Shown here: positions 55,418-64,000 of the stretch, piece by piece
How positions within the stretch are numbered: position 1 is the first letter of the stretch
How the letters are laid out: every line of letters starts with the position of its first letter
Origin: Spirochaetia bacterium
Lineage (GTDB): Bacteria; Spirochaetota; Spirochaetia; JAFGXN01
Direction of reading: 5' to 3'
Length of the DNA: 64,000 nt
Assembly (NCBI GenBank): GCA_034120015.1
Contig: JAXEIF010000029.1
Coordinates: 118,963-182,962 of the forward strand
Notes under the pieces: generated by a model
Told to the model about the DNA's origin: nothing
Database searches by the model: none
What the model saw: only the letters and a program-made list of their open reading frames with translations
Made by a program: the position numbers and the translations under genes

Positions 55418-55496
55418 ATATTAGAAGGAATGGGTTTACCCCGACGGAACCGACCGGGGCAGGGCCGCAGGGATCGAGAGCCCCCCCGAAAACGAC

Positions 55497-55525
55497 TTGA
55501 CAAAACCGGACGGAGAAGTTATTAT
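55497..55525 (+). promoter_or_regulatory. sigma70-like promoter for tRNA-Met (TTGACA-17-TATTAT). About 7 nt to the tRNA 5' end.
   Basis: cTTGACAaaaccggacggagaagtTATTATaaaacatGGGCC. Confidence 0.6.
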
Positions 55526-55533
55526 AAAACATC

Positions 55534-55607
55534 GGGCCTATAGCTCAGTCGGTTAGAGCACTTGACTCATAATCAAGGTGTCCCAGGTTCAAGTCCTTGT
55601 GGGCCCA
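55534..55607 (+). tRNA. tRNA with CAT anticodon. Elongator Met or lysidine-modified Ile2; the G1-C72 pair argues against an initiator.
   Basis: GGGCCTATAGCTCAGTCGGTTAGAGCACTTGACTCATAATCAAGGTGTCCCAGGTTCAAGTCCTTGTGGGCCCA. Followed by terminator AACGCGC...GCGCGTT + T7 at 55608-55637. Confidence 0.8.
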
Positions 55608-55678
55608 AACGCGCTGTTTTTCGGCGCGTTTTTTTATTTTTGCTTGTCACAGAATCCGTCGTCGTGGTATAATAAACC

Positions 55679-57160
55679 ATGCAGATATTAATGGTGGCCA
55701 GTGAGGCCGTTCCTTTTGTCAAGACAGGCGGTTTGGCGGATGTCGTTTCGGCACTTTCCAAACAGCTGAAGAAAAACGGGCACGATGTGCGCATCGTGAT
55801 GCCGCGTTATTATAAGATCGACCGTTCCCGGCTGGAACTGCTGCCGGGGGCGCTCGGCATTCCGCTCGGGTTCGGACAGGTTTGGGGCGGCGTGTACGAG
55901 GGGCGTCTGCCGGGAACCGAAGTGCCGGTTTATTTCCTCGATCACGAAGGATTTTACGGACGTGACGGCGTGTACGGCGAGTTCGGCGGCAGTTATCCCG
56001 ACAATGCGTCGCGGTTTGTGACGCTCAGCCGCGGTGCGTTTCAGCTTTGCAAAAAGTTGGGATGGTATCCGGACATTCTTCATCTGCACGACTGGCCGAC
56101 GGCGCCGGCGGCCGTTTTTCTCAATACGTGGGAGAAGAGCGGTTATTTTACCAAAACCGCTGCGGTGCTGACGATTCACAATCTCGGCTATCAGGGGTGG
56201 TTCCCGAAAGACGATTTGACGCTGTTTCAGTTGCCGTGGGAAGAGTTTTACGAAAGCGGTCTGGAAAGACACGACAGCCTTAATTTTCTGAAAGCGGGTA
56301 TTCTGAAGAGCGATTTGATTACGACGGTATCGCCGACTTATGCGCGCGAAATTCAGGGCAGCGGCTACGGTGAAGGGTTGCAGGATGTGCTGGCACAGCG
56401 CCGGTACGATCTGTACGGAGTATTAAACGGGTGCGACTACGAAGACTGGAATCCCGAGACCGATAAACTGATTCCGTTTAACTATTCGGAAGAAACGCTG
56501 CGGGAGAAGGTCCGTAATAAGGAAGCGCTGCAACGGGAACTGGGGCTGACACCCGATGCGAAAGTGCCTTTGATCGGAATGGTATCGCGGTTGGCCGAGC
56601 AGAAAGGGTTCGGTGCATTATGCGGACCGGGTTCGGGTGCGCTTTACCCGATTTGCCGCGATATGAAAGTTCAGTTTGTGATTTTGGGAACGGGAGAACA
56701 ATGGTGCGAAGGTGAGTTGCGGCAGCTGGATTCGGTATTGCCGAATCTGCGCGCGGAGATTCGTTTCAACAACGCTTTGGCGCACAAAATCGAGGCGGCG
56801 GCCGACTTTTTCCTGATGCCGAGTGCTTACGAACCGTGCGGACTGAATCAGATGTATTCTCTGCGTTACGGAACACTGCCGATTGTCCGACGTACGGGCG
56901 GTCTGGCCGATACGGTCTGGCAGTATAATGAGGCGGACGGCGGAGGAAACGGTTTTCTCTTCGATGATCTGACCCCGAATGCGCTGTATAATGTGGTCGG
57001 ATGGGCGGTGTCAACCTGGTATGACCGCCCCCGGCATATCGAGAAGATGAGAAAAACGGCAATGGCGCGTCGGTTCGATTGGGCGCAGTCGGCGGCCGAA
57101 TACGAACATCTGTATGCCGTGGCTTTCGATAAGCGAAAGCGTTTTCATAATTTGTGGTGA
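55679..57160 (+). CDS. glgA: glycogen synthase
   Basis: MQILMVASEAVPFVKTGGLADVVSALSKQL... KTGGL motif. 493 aa. Confidence 0.85.
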   Translation: MQILMVASEAVPFVKTGGLADVVSALSKQLKKNGHDVRIVMPRYYKIDRSRLELLPGALGIPLGFGQVWGGVYEGRLPGTEVPVYFLDHEGFYGRDGVYGEFGGSYPDNASRFVTLSRGAFQLCKKLGWYPDILHLHDWPTAPAAVFLNTWEKSGYFTKTAAVLTIHNLGYQGWFPKDDLTLFQLPWEEFYESGLERHDSLNFLKAGILKSDLITTVSPTYAREIQGSGYGEGLQDVLAQRRYDLYGVLNGCDYEDWNPETDKLIPFNYSEETLREKVRNKEALQRELGLTPDAKVPLIGMVSRLAEQKGFGALCGPGSGALYPICRDMKVQFVILGTGEQWCEGELRQLDSVLPNLRAEIRFNNALAHKIEAAADFFLMPSAYEPCGLNQMYSLRYGTLPIVRRTGGLADTVWQYNEADGGGNGFLFDDLTPNALYNVVGWAVSTWYDRPRHIEKMRKTAMARRFDWAQSAAEYEHLYAVAFDKRKRFHNLW

Positions 57161-57162
57161 AC

Positions 57163-57768
57163 ATGAATAAAATTATTTCTGCCTATTATAAAGATAAGAT
57201 GAAAGATTCCGAACCCGACTTCAGAGTGCACGGTTGGGAAAGCGAGGAGGCCGTTCGCGAACGCTATAACGTATTGTTTCGGGCGGTCGATTTGAACGGA
57301 AAATCTCTTCTCGATGCCGGCTGCGGAACGGGTGCGCTTCTTGATGAAATAAAGGGCAGAAAAATCCGTTGCGGTTATTTGGGAATCGATATTCTTCCGG
57401 AGATGGTTGAGATGGCGAGGAAGCGGCGACCGGACGGGACGTTTTTGTGTCTTGATTTGAGTGAAGACAATCCGTTCGACCGCAACTGTTTTGATGTTGT
57501 GTATGCTTCGGGGATGTTTAATCTGAATACAAACGATAACGAAGCGTTTTTGGCGCAGATGTTGCCGATGTTTACGGAAATAGCCTCCGAATGTGTTGTG
57601 TTTAATCTGCTGCATGAGCGGTCGCAGAACCGGGAAGAGGCTTATTTTTATTCGTCGCCGCACGCTGTGGAGCGTCTTCTGAAAAGAGTCCGCATTCGTC
57701 CGCGGTCGGTCGAATATGCTGACGGCTATCGGCAGAATGATTTTTCGGTTATCCTGAGGTTGTCATGA
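57163..57768 (+). CDS. class I SAM-dependent methyltransferase
   Basis: LLDAGCGTGAL motif I. The ATG at 57163 is just after the glgA stop; the track start 57154 is a GTG overlapping glgA. Confidence 0.55.
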   Translation: MNKIISAYYKDKMKDSEPDFRVHGWESEEAVRERYNVLFRAVDLNGKSLLDAGCGTGALLDEIKGRKIRCGYLGIDILPEMVEMARKRRPDGTFLCLDLSEDNPFDRNCFDVVYASGMFNLNTNDNEAFLAQMLPMFTEIASECVVFNLLHERSQNREEAYFYSSPHAVERLLKRVRIRPRSVEYADGYRQNDFSVILRLS

Positions 57769-58631
57769 AACTGTTGGCATTGGATGATCGGAGCAGGTTG
57801 GAGTCGATTCTCCGTTTCTCCGGGGATTTTCTGTCCGAATACTGTTTTTCGAACCTCTATCTTTTTCGAAAAAAACATCATTATTTCGTGGAAGAGGCCG
57901 GCGGCTGTCTGTTTATCCGGGGAGTCAGCTATGACGGTCTTTCTTATGTGATGCCGTGCTGTCTGAAGCAGCTGGAGTGTCCAGAATATCGGGAAGAACT
58001 GGTTGCGGCTCTTGATCATGTGGATATGATTTTTCCGGTTCCTTCGAGAGCGTTGGCCTTTTTTTCTGCGGAAGAGTTTCGGTTCGAATCGATGCAGGAG
58101 GATTTGGATTATATATATGAACGGGAAAAGATGCGTCTTTATCCGGGGCGGCGTCTTCAGAGTAAGCGCAATCTGCTGTATCAGTTTCTGAAAAACGAAC
58201 CGAATCATCGCATTGCCGAAATAGATGATCCGGAGGCCCGAAAGGGAGCGTTTACGGTCTTGGAGCGGTGGCAGGCGGAATCCGGTTTTGAAGTGACCGA
58301 AGATACCGATTACGAACCGTGCCGTGAGGCGCTGGAATTGTATGACCGGTTGGGACTTTGCGGTTTTACGGTTTTCGGGGAGAATGGTCCGGTCGGATTT
58401 CTGATAGGAGAGCCGATTCAGGATGATGTCTTTGCCTATCATTTTGCCAAAGGCGACAAATCGGTTAAGGGAATTTATCAGTTTCTCTTCAGCGCGGCAG
58501 CGTCCCGACTGGCGGAAGGGTATTCGTATATTAATATGGAGCAGGATTTGGGGAATTTGCCTTTACGTGCTTCCAAATCTTCATATTTGCCGGATATGAT
58601 GGCTCAAAAATACAGAATTTTTAAACGGTGA
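57765..58631 (+). CDS. hypothetical protein, possibly DUF2156/MprF-C-terminal-like (GNAT-fold) family
   Basis: 288 aa. Weak resemblance to DUF2156-type proteins (..LQSKRNLLYQFLK..). ATGA overlap with the methyltransferase gene. Confidence 0.3.
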   Translation: MKLLALDDRSRLESILRFSGDFLSEYCFSNLYLFRKKHHYFVEEAGGCLFIRGVSYDGLSYVMPCCLKQLECPEYREELVAALDHVDMIFPVPSRALAFFSAEEFRFESMQEDLDYIYEREKMRLYPGRRLQSKRNLLYQFLKNEPNHRIAEIDDPEARKGAFTVLERWQAESGFEVTEDTDYEPCREALELYDRLGLCGFTVFGENGPVGFLIGEPIQDDVFAYHFAKGDKSVKGIYQFLFSAAASRLAEGYSYINMEQDLGNLPLRASKSSYLPDMMAQKYRIFKR

Positions 58632-58640
58632 GGGAACGAA

Positions 58641-60005
58641 ATGGCAAAGCTGTGGCAGAAAGATTACAGTTTGAATTCTTTGATTGAGGAATTTACGGTA
58701 GGCAATGATCCGGTTTTGGATCTGGAACTGATAGCGGCGGATTGTGTGGCATCGACAGCACATGCGAAGATGCTGGCTTCAATCGGAATCCTCACGCAGG
58801 AAGAAGCAGCCGGTTTATGCGGAGAGCTCGGACAGATTATTAAAGAGGCCTCCGGGAAAAAATTTAAGATTGCCTTTTCAGATGAAGATTGTCATACGGC
58901 TATTGAAGGGCGTCTGACCGAGAGACTCGGTGATGCCGGTAAAAAAATTCATACCGGCCGTTCCCGAAATGATCAGGTTGCGACAGCTTTACGACTGTAT
59001 TCGAAAGCCTATGTATTGGAAATGATACATGTGCTTTGCGAATTTACCGAAACAGCCCTGGCACTGGCCCGCCGTGAGGAAAAAACGCCCATGCCGGGGC
59101 GCACTCATTTACAGACAGCGATGCCGTCGTCGGTCGGATTGTGGGCAGCTTCGTTTGCTGAGGAAATTATCGATCATATTCGCCACTTTTTCTCGCTTTA
59201 TGAACTGGTTGATCAGTGTCCGCTCGGTTCCGCAGCCAGCTACGGTGTGCCGTTGCCGTTAAACCGCGAAATGACAGCTTCGCTGATGGGCTTTTCCCGC
59301 GTTCAAAACAATGTTTTGTATGCCAACAATTCGCGCGGAAAGTTTGAATCGATGCTGGTTGATGCGGCCGATGCGGTTTGTCTCTGCTTTTCGAAGGCGG
59401 CACAGGATTTGATTTTGTTTTCACTGCCCGAATTCGGTTATTTTTCGTTGCCGCGGGAATTGTGTTCGGGTTCGAGCATTATGCCGCAAAAGAAGAATCC
59501 GGACGGCTTGGAGCTGATGCGGTCGAAATCCGCGGTAATCGGCGGCTGTTCAATGACCATTAAGAATATACTGCGTTCGACACCCTCGGGCTATAACCGT
59601 GACTTTCAGGATACGAAGGAGCCGTTTTTGAAAGCGGCACGGTTGTCGGTTCAGTGCGTTCGTATTATGGAGCTGACATTCCGCAAACTGGAAGTGAACC
59701 GCGACCGCCTGAGACAGTCGTTTACTCCGGATATTTTCGCGACGGATGCGGCATTGGAAAAGGTTATGTCCGGAGAAAGTTTTCGCAATGCATATAAAGA
59801 TGTCGGACTTCATTTGAACCGACTGAAACAGTATGATCCCGATAAGGCAATTGCCGACAGAACATATACGGGAACAACGGGATGTCTGAATTTGGAAAAG
59901 GCAGAACAGGAACTTCGCATGCTTACGGAGAAAGAAAGTAATGAAACCGATCGTTATCAGTCGGCTTTGGAAACTTTAACCGGATTGTCGGTACGAATTT
60001 TTTAA
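58641..60005 (+). CDS. argH: argininosuccinate lyase
   Basis: Fumarate-lyase signature GSSIMPQKKNPD. TGRSRNDQVATALRLY. 454 aa. Confidence 0.8.
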   Translation: MAKLWQKDYSLNSLIEEFTVGNDPVLDLELIAADCVASTAHAKMLASIGILTQEEAAGLCGELGQIIKEASGKKFKIAFSDEDCHTAIEGRLTERLGDAGKKIHTGRSRNDQVATALRLYSKAYVLEMIHVLCEFTETALALARREEKTPMPGRTHLQTAMPSSVGLWAASFAEEIIDHIRHFFSLYELVDQCPLGSAASYGVPLPLNREMTASLMGFSRVQNNVLYANNSRGKFESMLVDAADAVCLCFSKAAQDLILFSLPEFGYFSLPRELCSGSSIMPQKKNPDGLELMRSKSAVIGGCSMTIKNILRSTPSGYNRDFQDTKEPFLKAARLSVQCVRIMELTFRKLEVNRDRLRQSFTPDIFATDAALEKVMSGESFRNAYKDVGLHLNRLKQYDPDKAIADRTYTGTTGCLNLEKAEQELRMLTEKESNETDRYQSALETLTGLSVRIF

Positions 60006-60042
60006 AAAGTTGATATAAAAATATACATTACGGGAGAATCTT

Positions 60043-62913
60043 ATGATAAAAGATGGTTTGAATATTTTATGCAGAAAAAAGTTTCATATCAGGGGACTGA
60101 TTTTCCTTCTTGCCGTGATCGGGTTTATCGGATGTCCCAATCCGACAGATCAGGGGGGCAGTTCCGTTAAACCGAAGCCTACAGAAAAGAGAGAGGGACT
60201 TTTTAATCAGGATATAAAATTGGGAGACGATGTTAAATCCGTTGTTAACCGTTTTGGAGAACCTGTTCATGAGCGGGTGCTGACAGAAGAGGGTGCTTAT
60301 ACTGTTACTTATACGGATGAGAAAAAGGCCGTCATGATTCTCGATAAAACAGCGCCGCAGCTTAAATTTGTAAATACATCGGCCACTTTTGATTTATATC
60401 AGCAGATTCCTTTTGAGGACAGTGTTCCGGGAACAGCATACGAGGATGCAGTTTTTTCCATGTGTTCTGAGGAAATGGCTATTCTCGGGTATTCCGGAAT
60501 CGACAGCTATGTAACATATTCTGCCACATGGCAGGGTGGAAAGGTTCCGACAACGCCCGGTACCTATGTTCGGGTCTATACCGTAACCGATCAGGCCGGA
60601 AATACAGCATCACCGTTTGAATGGCCTGTAATTGTGTACGATAGTAAAGGTAATCCGCCTTTTGAGACGGGTTCCATTCTTGTGGAAGGGGGAAATCCGA
60701 TTTCGGAGCAAACAACATACTGGTTTAAAGAAATTTCTTCTCTGACTTTTTCTCTGCCGGATTGTACTGCCGGCGGGAATCCCTCTTATTCATGGAAAGT
60801 CAATCAGCAGGAGAAATCAACGGCGGCAACATTGTCGCTTTCGCAATCGGATTTGAAAGAAGGCGCCTATCTTATAACAGCAGCAGTGAAAGATGAAGGC
60901 GGACAGGTCGGGTGGACATCGGTTTCTGTGGTTATCGACCTGACAAAGCCTGTCGTGAAAAAAGGGCCGGCAGTTGTTTACGGTTACAGTATTGAAGAAC
61001 GGAAGAATTTTAATGAGACAATCGGTCTGATGCAGATCGAAGAGACCGGGTCGGGGGTAAAAGAGATAAAAGGCGAATTTCAACCGACGGTTCCGTCGGA
61101 TCAGGATGTGCAGTTAAATCAACCGTATACAAGATCGGTTGTCGTTACCGACAAAGCAGGGAATGTCAGTGATCCGTTTACCTATACGATTATTTTCAAA
61201 GGATCGATGCAGGAAGATGATGAGAAAAATATGACGGGAACCGACGCAACGCCTGTTTCCGCTGCCGGTTTTCCTACGCCGACACCGGCGCAAATTGACT
61301 GGATGGCGATGGGGCAGTATGCCTTTATTCATTGGGGCCCCAATGCTTTCGGTGCCGGACGGATCGGTAACGGAGAATGGGGTAACGGATATCCGTACGG
61401 AGCGGAAGCGTTTAAACCGACACGAAGTGCGGATGAGATCACTCAAGGATGGATAAATGATATTGTCACGGCAGGAATGACCGGTTTGGTTTTTGTGGCA
61501 AAACATCACGACGGTTTTTGTCTGTGGGATACGGTTACGACGCAGTACTCGGTTTGTAAACAGGGGAGTAATTATTCCTATTATGGTGAAGATTTTCTGA
61601 AAGCATTGATTTTAAATATGAAGCAGTATAATGAATCACATCCCGAGGCGCCTTTAAAATTGGGGGTTTATGTGTCACCTTGGGATCGTAACAACTGGAC
61701 TTACGGAGGAGTCGAGCAGGTCGCGGACGGAAAAGATTTTTATCCCTATTTGGAATATGTATTCAGAACTCAGATAACGGAAGTCATCGAATATGTGGAG
61801 ACATACGGCGACGGTAAAGTGTCGTTGTTTGAGCTCTGGCTCGACGGTGCCAATACGCCGTCCGGTTGGTACGGCGGTAAGAGTTACGCCGAACATAAGG
61901 CAGAAGGGGCAAATGTTTCGGTTGAAATTGATCCGGTAACAAATCGTTCAATAATTCAGACTTTCAACGAAGTCTATGATTGGGAATCAAAAGTCGAAAA
62001 TCCGAATGAGGCAATGCGGGAAGTTGAATTGCCGGATGACTGGAGAGACCGGATTTATGCGGTGGCGCAGGAAGTGGTTGACAGCTACAATACGGCATAT
62101 AGCACGGAAGTCATGATTTTCGGAAGTCAGATCCGGTGGGTCGGTAACGAACAGGGATGGGCAGGCCGAACAAACTGGATTACAGGATACGGTGTTTCTG
62201 GGGAAGAAAAAAACAATAAAGTCATTCCGGCAGAAGCTGATATGAAAACTCAAGACGGCTGGTTTTTTACGCCAAACGAAGATAAAGGATCGGCCAAGAT
62301 GATTGAATTTTGGTACAGATCTGTCGGTCGTAATGCCACGTTGTTATTGAATTTTTCGCCGGATACGGCAGGAAGAATTCCGTCGTATAATTTAAATTCT
62401 GCTCAAAAAATGTGGGAAACGGTATCGTCTGATTTTGCGGATAATATTGCCGTCCGCGTTTCCCGAATTACAGCGAGTAATATTCGAAACAATCATCGGA
62501 ATTTTTCCCCCTATAAGGTTATTGACGGTCAATACGATACATACTGGTCTGTAGACGATGCGGCGGGTGCCGGTTCCGATCAGTGGATTCAGTTGGAATT
62601 TGATGAAGCTGTTTCCTTTAATCGCGTTGTACTGCAGGAAAATATAGCCTTCGGACAACGTGTCCGTTCATTTACTGTAGAATACAGAAACGGTAAAAAG
62701 GATACATGGAAGATTCTGCCGTATTCGAATATGCCGACAACTATTTCCGGTGATACGGATGACCCGGACATTACAACAACGATCGGGTTTAAACGAATCC
62801 TGCGTCTCAATACGGTCAGCGCAACCGATGTACGCGTGACCCTGAAAGAGTTTCGAAACGGAGAAAAATTTCCTGTTGCGCTTTCCGAACTGGGATTGTA
62901 CTACGCGAGGTAA
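60043..62913 (+). CDS. lipoprotein alpha-L-fucosidase (GH29) with an N-terminal Ig-like/DUF5011-type module and a C-terminal F5/8 type C (discoidin) domain
   Basis: Lipobox IGFIGC. GH29 motifs HWGPNAF...FVAKHHDGFCLWDT. C-terminal YKVIDGQYDTYWSVDD...QWIQLEF is discoidin-like. Terminator AAGGCTCTC-GGAA-GAGAGCCTT + T at 62958-62984. Confidence 0.65.
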   Translation: MIKDGLNILCRKKFHIRGLIFLLAVIGFIGCPNPTDQGGSSVKPKPTEKREGLFNQDIKLGDDVKSVVNRFGEPVHERVLTEEGAYTVTYTDEKKAVMILDKTAPQLKFVNTSATFDLYQQIPFEDSVPGTAYEDAVFSMCSEEMAILGYSGIDSYVTYSATWQGGKVPTTPGTYVRVYTVTDQAGNTASPFEWPVIVYDSKGNPPFETGSILVEGGNPISEQTTYWFKEISSLTFSLPDCTAGGNPSYSWKVNQQEKSTAATLSLSQSDLKEGAYLITAAVKDEGGQVGWTSVSVVIDLTKPVVKKGPAVVYGYSIEERKNFNETIGLMQIEETGSGVKEIKGEFQPTVPSDQDVQLNQPYTRSVVVTDKAGNVSDPFTYTIIFKGSMQEDDEKNMTGTDATPVSAAGFPTPTPAQIDWMAMGQYAFIHWGPNAFGAGRIGNGEWGNGYPYGAEAFKPTRSADEITQGWINDIVTAGMTGLVFVAKHHDGFCLWDTVTTQYSVCKQGSNYSYYGEDFLKALILNMKQYNESHPEAPLKLGVYVSPWDRNNWTYGGVEQVADGKDFYPYLEYVFRTQITEVIEYVETYGDGKVSLFELWLDGANTPSGWYGGKSYAEHKAEGANVSVEIDPVTNRSIIQTFNEVYDWESKVENPNEAMREVELPDDWRDRIYAVAQEVVDSYNTAYSTEVMIFGSQIRWVGNEQGWAGRTNWITGYGVSGEEKNNKVIPAEADMKTQDGWFFTPNEDKGSAKMIEFWYRSVGRNATLLLNFSPDTAGRIPSYNLNSAQKMWETVSSDFADNIAVRVSRITASNIRNNHRNFSPYKVIDGQYDTYWSVDDAAGAGSDQWIQLEFDEAVSFNRVVLQENIAFGQRVRSFTVEYRNGKKDTWKILPYSNMPTTISGDTDDPDITTTIGFKRILRLNTVSATDVRVTLKEFRNGEKFPVALSELGLYYAR

Positions 62914-63092
62914 GTTCCGGAAACGGAGAACGCTCCGGTGTTATTCGAAATCTTTCAAAGGCTCTCGGAAGAGAGCCTTTTTTAATGATCCGTAACCCCA
63001 AAACCGCGTATTTTCTATAACATTTGATTAAAATTATATACAATATAAATTCATTATAGTAGAATTATACCAAATCAGATTAAGGAGAAGTT

Positions 63093-64000
63093 ATGCGCAG
63101 GTCTTTATTGATGATTTTTGCAGCATTTTTAATCGGCTGTCCTTCCGGTTTTGATGAATCGCAGGGAGCTTTTACGGAAACCCAAAACCCGACAAAACAA
63201 AGATCGGGCTATTTTAACAAAGATGTGACTCTGGGTGACGACGTTGTTTCGATCACAGATCAATACGGAGAGGTCGTTATTGGCTACAAGCTGACAGAAG
63301 AAGGCTCTTATACGATTCAGTATACGGACGGAAAAACCGAAACCATCGTCATTGATAAAACGGCGCCGTGGATCAGTTTCGTTAATTCTTCGGCAACGTA
63401 TGATTTATACACGAACACCCCTTTTGAAGACAGTTTGCCTGAAAACGCTGTCCGAGACGAAGGCGGAAGCGGATACGACGGAGAGTGGCATGCGGTATGG
63501 AAAGACGGAAAAGAGCCGACCGAACCGGGTGAATATGTGCGTGTTTACACGGTTTATGATAATGCCGGGAATGCTTCCGAACCGTATATGTGGTCGGTTG
63601 TCGTTTATGATAGTCAGGGCCTCGGTTCGCTTTCTGCGATTACCATTACGCCGAGCACAGGTTTTCAGAAACCCGACGATGCGGAGGTTTACTGGTATAA
63701 AGACAAAACTTCAAATATCACATTGACGGTCGGAGAGGTAACCGGCGGTACAGCTCCTTATATATATGCATGGAGAAAAGGGAATGAGGATTTCACAGCA
63801 GGGGAGCAGACATATGCCATTCCATCCGATTCATTAACGGAAGGAGTTGTCTCTTATGTGGTGAAAGTAACGGATGCGGGAGGACAAATTGCGACTAAAA
63901 CGATTAACATAGGATTTGATCAAACGGCGCCTGTTGTTCAGAGAGCTCCGAAAGTGCTGACCGGATACATGACTAACGAAGTTCGACTCGCTTTTCAGGA
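63093..64000 (+). CDS. lipoprotein paralogous to the N-terminal module of the 60043 gene. 3' end is outside the window.
   Basis: MRRSLLMIFAAFLIGC with ribosome-binding site AAGGAGAAG. TLGDDVVSITDQYGEVVIGYKLTEEGSYTIQYTDGKTETIVIDKTAPWISFVNSSATYDLYTNTPFEDSLP aligns with KLGDDVKSVVNRFGEPVHERVLTEEGAYTVTYTDEKKAVMILDKTAPQLKFVNTSATFDLYQQIPFEDSVP of the upstream gene. Confidence 0.55.
   Translation, partial: MRRSLLMIFAAFLIGCPSGFDESQGAFTETQNPTKQRSGYFNKDVTLGDDVVSITDQYGEVVIGYKLTEEGSYTIQYTDGKTETIVIDKTAPWISFVNSSATYDLYTNTPFEDSLPENAVRDEGGSGYDGEWHAVWKDGKEPTEPGEYVRVYTVYDNAGNASEPYMWSVVVYDSQGLGSLSAITITPSTGFQKPDDAEVYWYKDKTSNITLTVGEVTGGTAPYIYAWRKGNEDFTAGEQTYAIPSDSLTEGVVSYVVKVTDAGGQIATKTINIGFDQTAPVVQRAPKVLTGYMTNEVRLAFQ

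Overview
The window looks like a 64-kb chromosomal segment of a spirochete, probably a Treponema-like organism. Supporting evidence: a DapL-type lysine pathway, NifS-NifU as Fe-S machinery, Lnt, bactofilin, Rho with a long disordered N-terminus, many lipoproteins with relaxed lipoboxes, and a BspA-type leucine-rich-repeat surface protein. Three regions stand out against a housekeeping backbone.

- **Housekeeping content:** The backbone genes are pgm-like/dapL, ftcD-like, rpsT, an HU/IHF-like gene, lnt, bactofilin, a cinA-C/pncC-like gene, rho, rpmE, surE, nifS, nifU, pyrG, rlmKL, dsbD, an acyl-CoA ligase, hypA/hypB, copA, cysE, tatD, glgA, argH, and two tRNAs (Leu-CAA and Met-CAT).
- **Surface-protein locus at 2.8-6.5 kb:** Two lipoproteins, a C11 clostripain-like peptidase and a BspA-LRR lipoprotein lie together. 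Both apparent frameshifts here sit exactly at homopolymers (G6/T5 and T5). The LRR gene is preceded by six tandem 18-bp repeats, each carrying its own Shine-Dalgarno and ATG.
- **Redox/Ni island at 35.7-41 kb:** hypA and hypB flank an 898-aa multi-[4Fe-4S] GltD-like flavoprotein. Nearby are an unannotated rubredoxin with a textbook TTGACA-17-TATAAT promoter and a 1-Cys peroxiredoxin bearing a signal peptide.
- **Lipoprotein/glycan-foraging locus at 45-64 kb:** Five consecutive lipoproteins (FN3-like and DUF5011-like), a GH20 hexosaminidase, and a GH29 fucosidase-discoidin lipoprotein that shares a duplicated N-terminal module with its downstream neighbour.

A third frameshift at an A5 run splits a small lipoprotein ORF near hypB. 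Three homopolymer frameshifts in a row suggest either homopolymer sequencing error or poly-G/poly-T phase variation of surface antigens. No CRISPR array, transposase, integrase or recognisable phage gene was seen.

Coordinates derived by hand may be off by 1-3 nt. The ORF track marks every start as M, including TTG/GTG starts.
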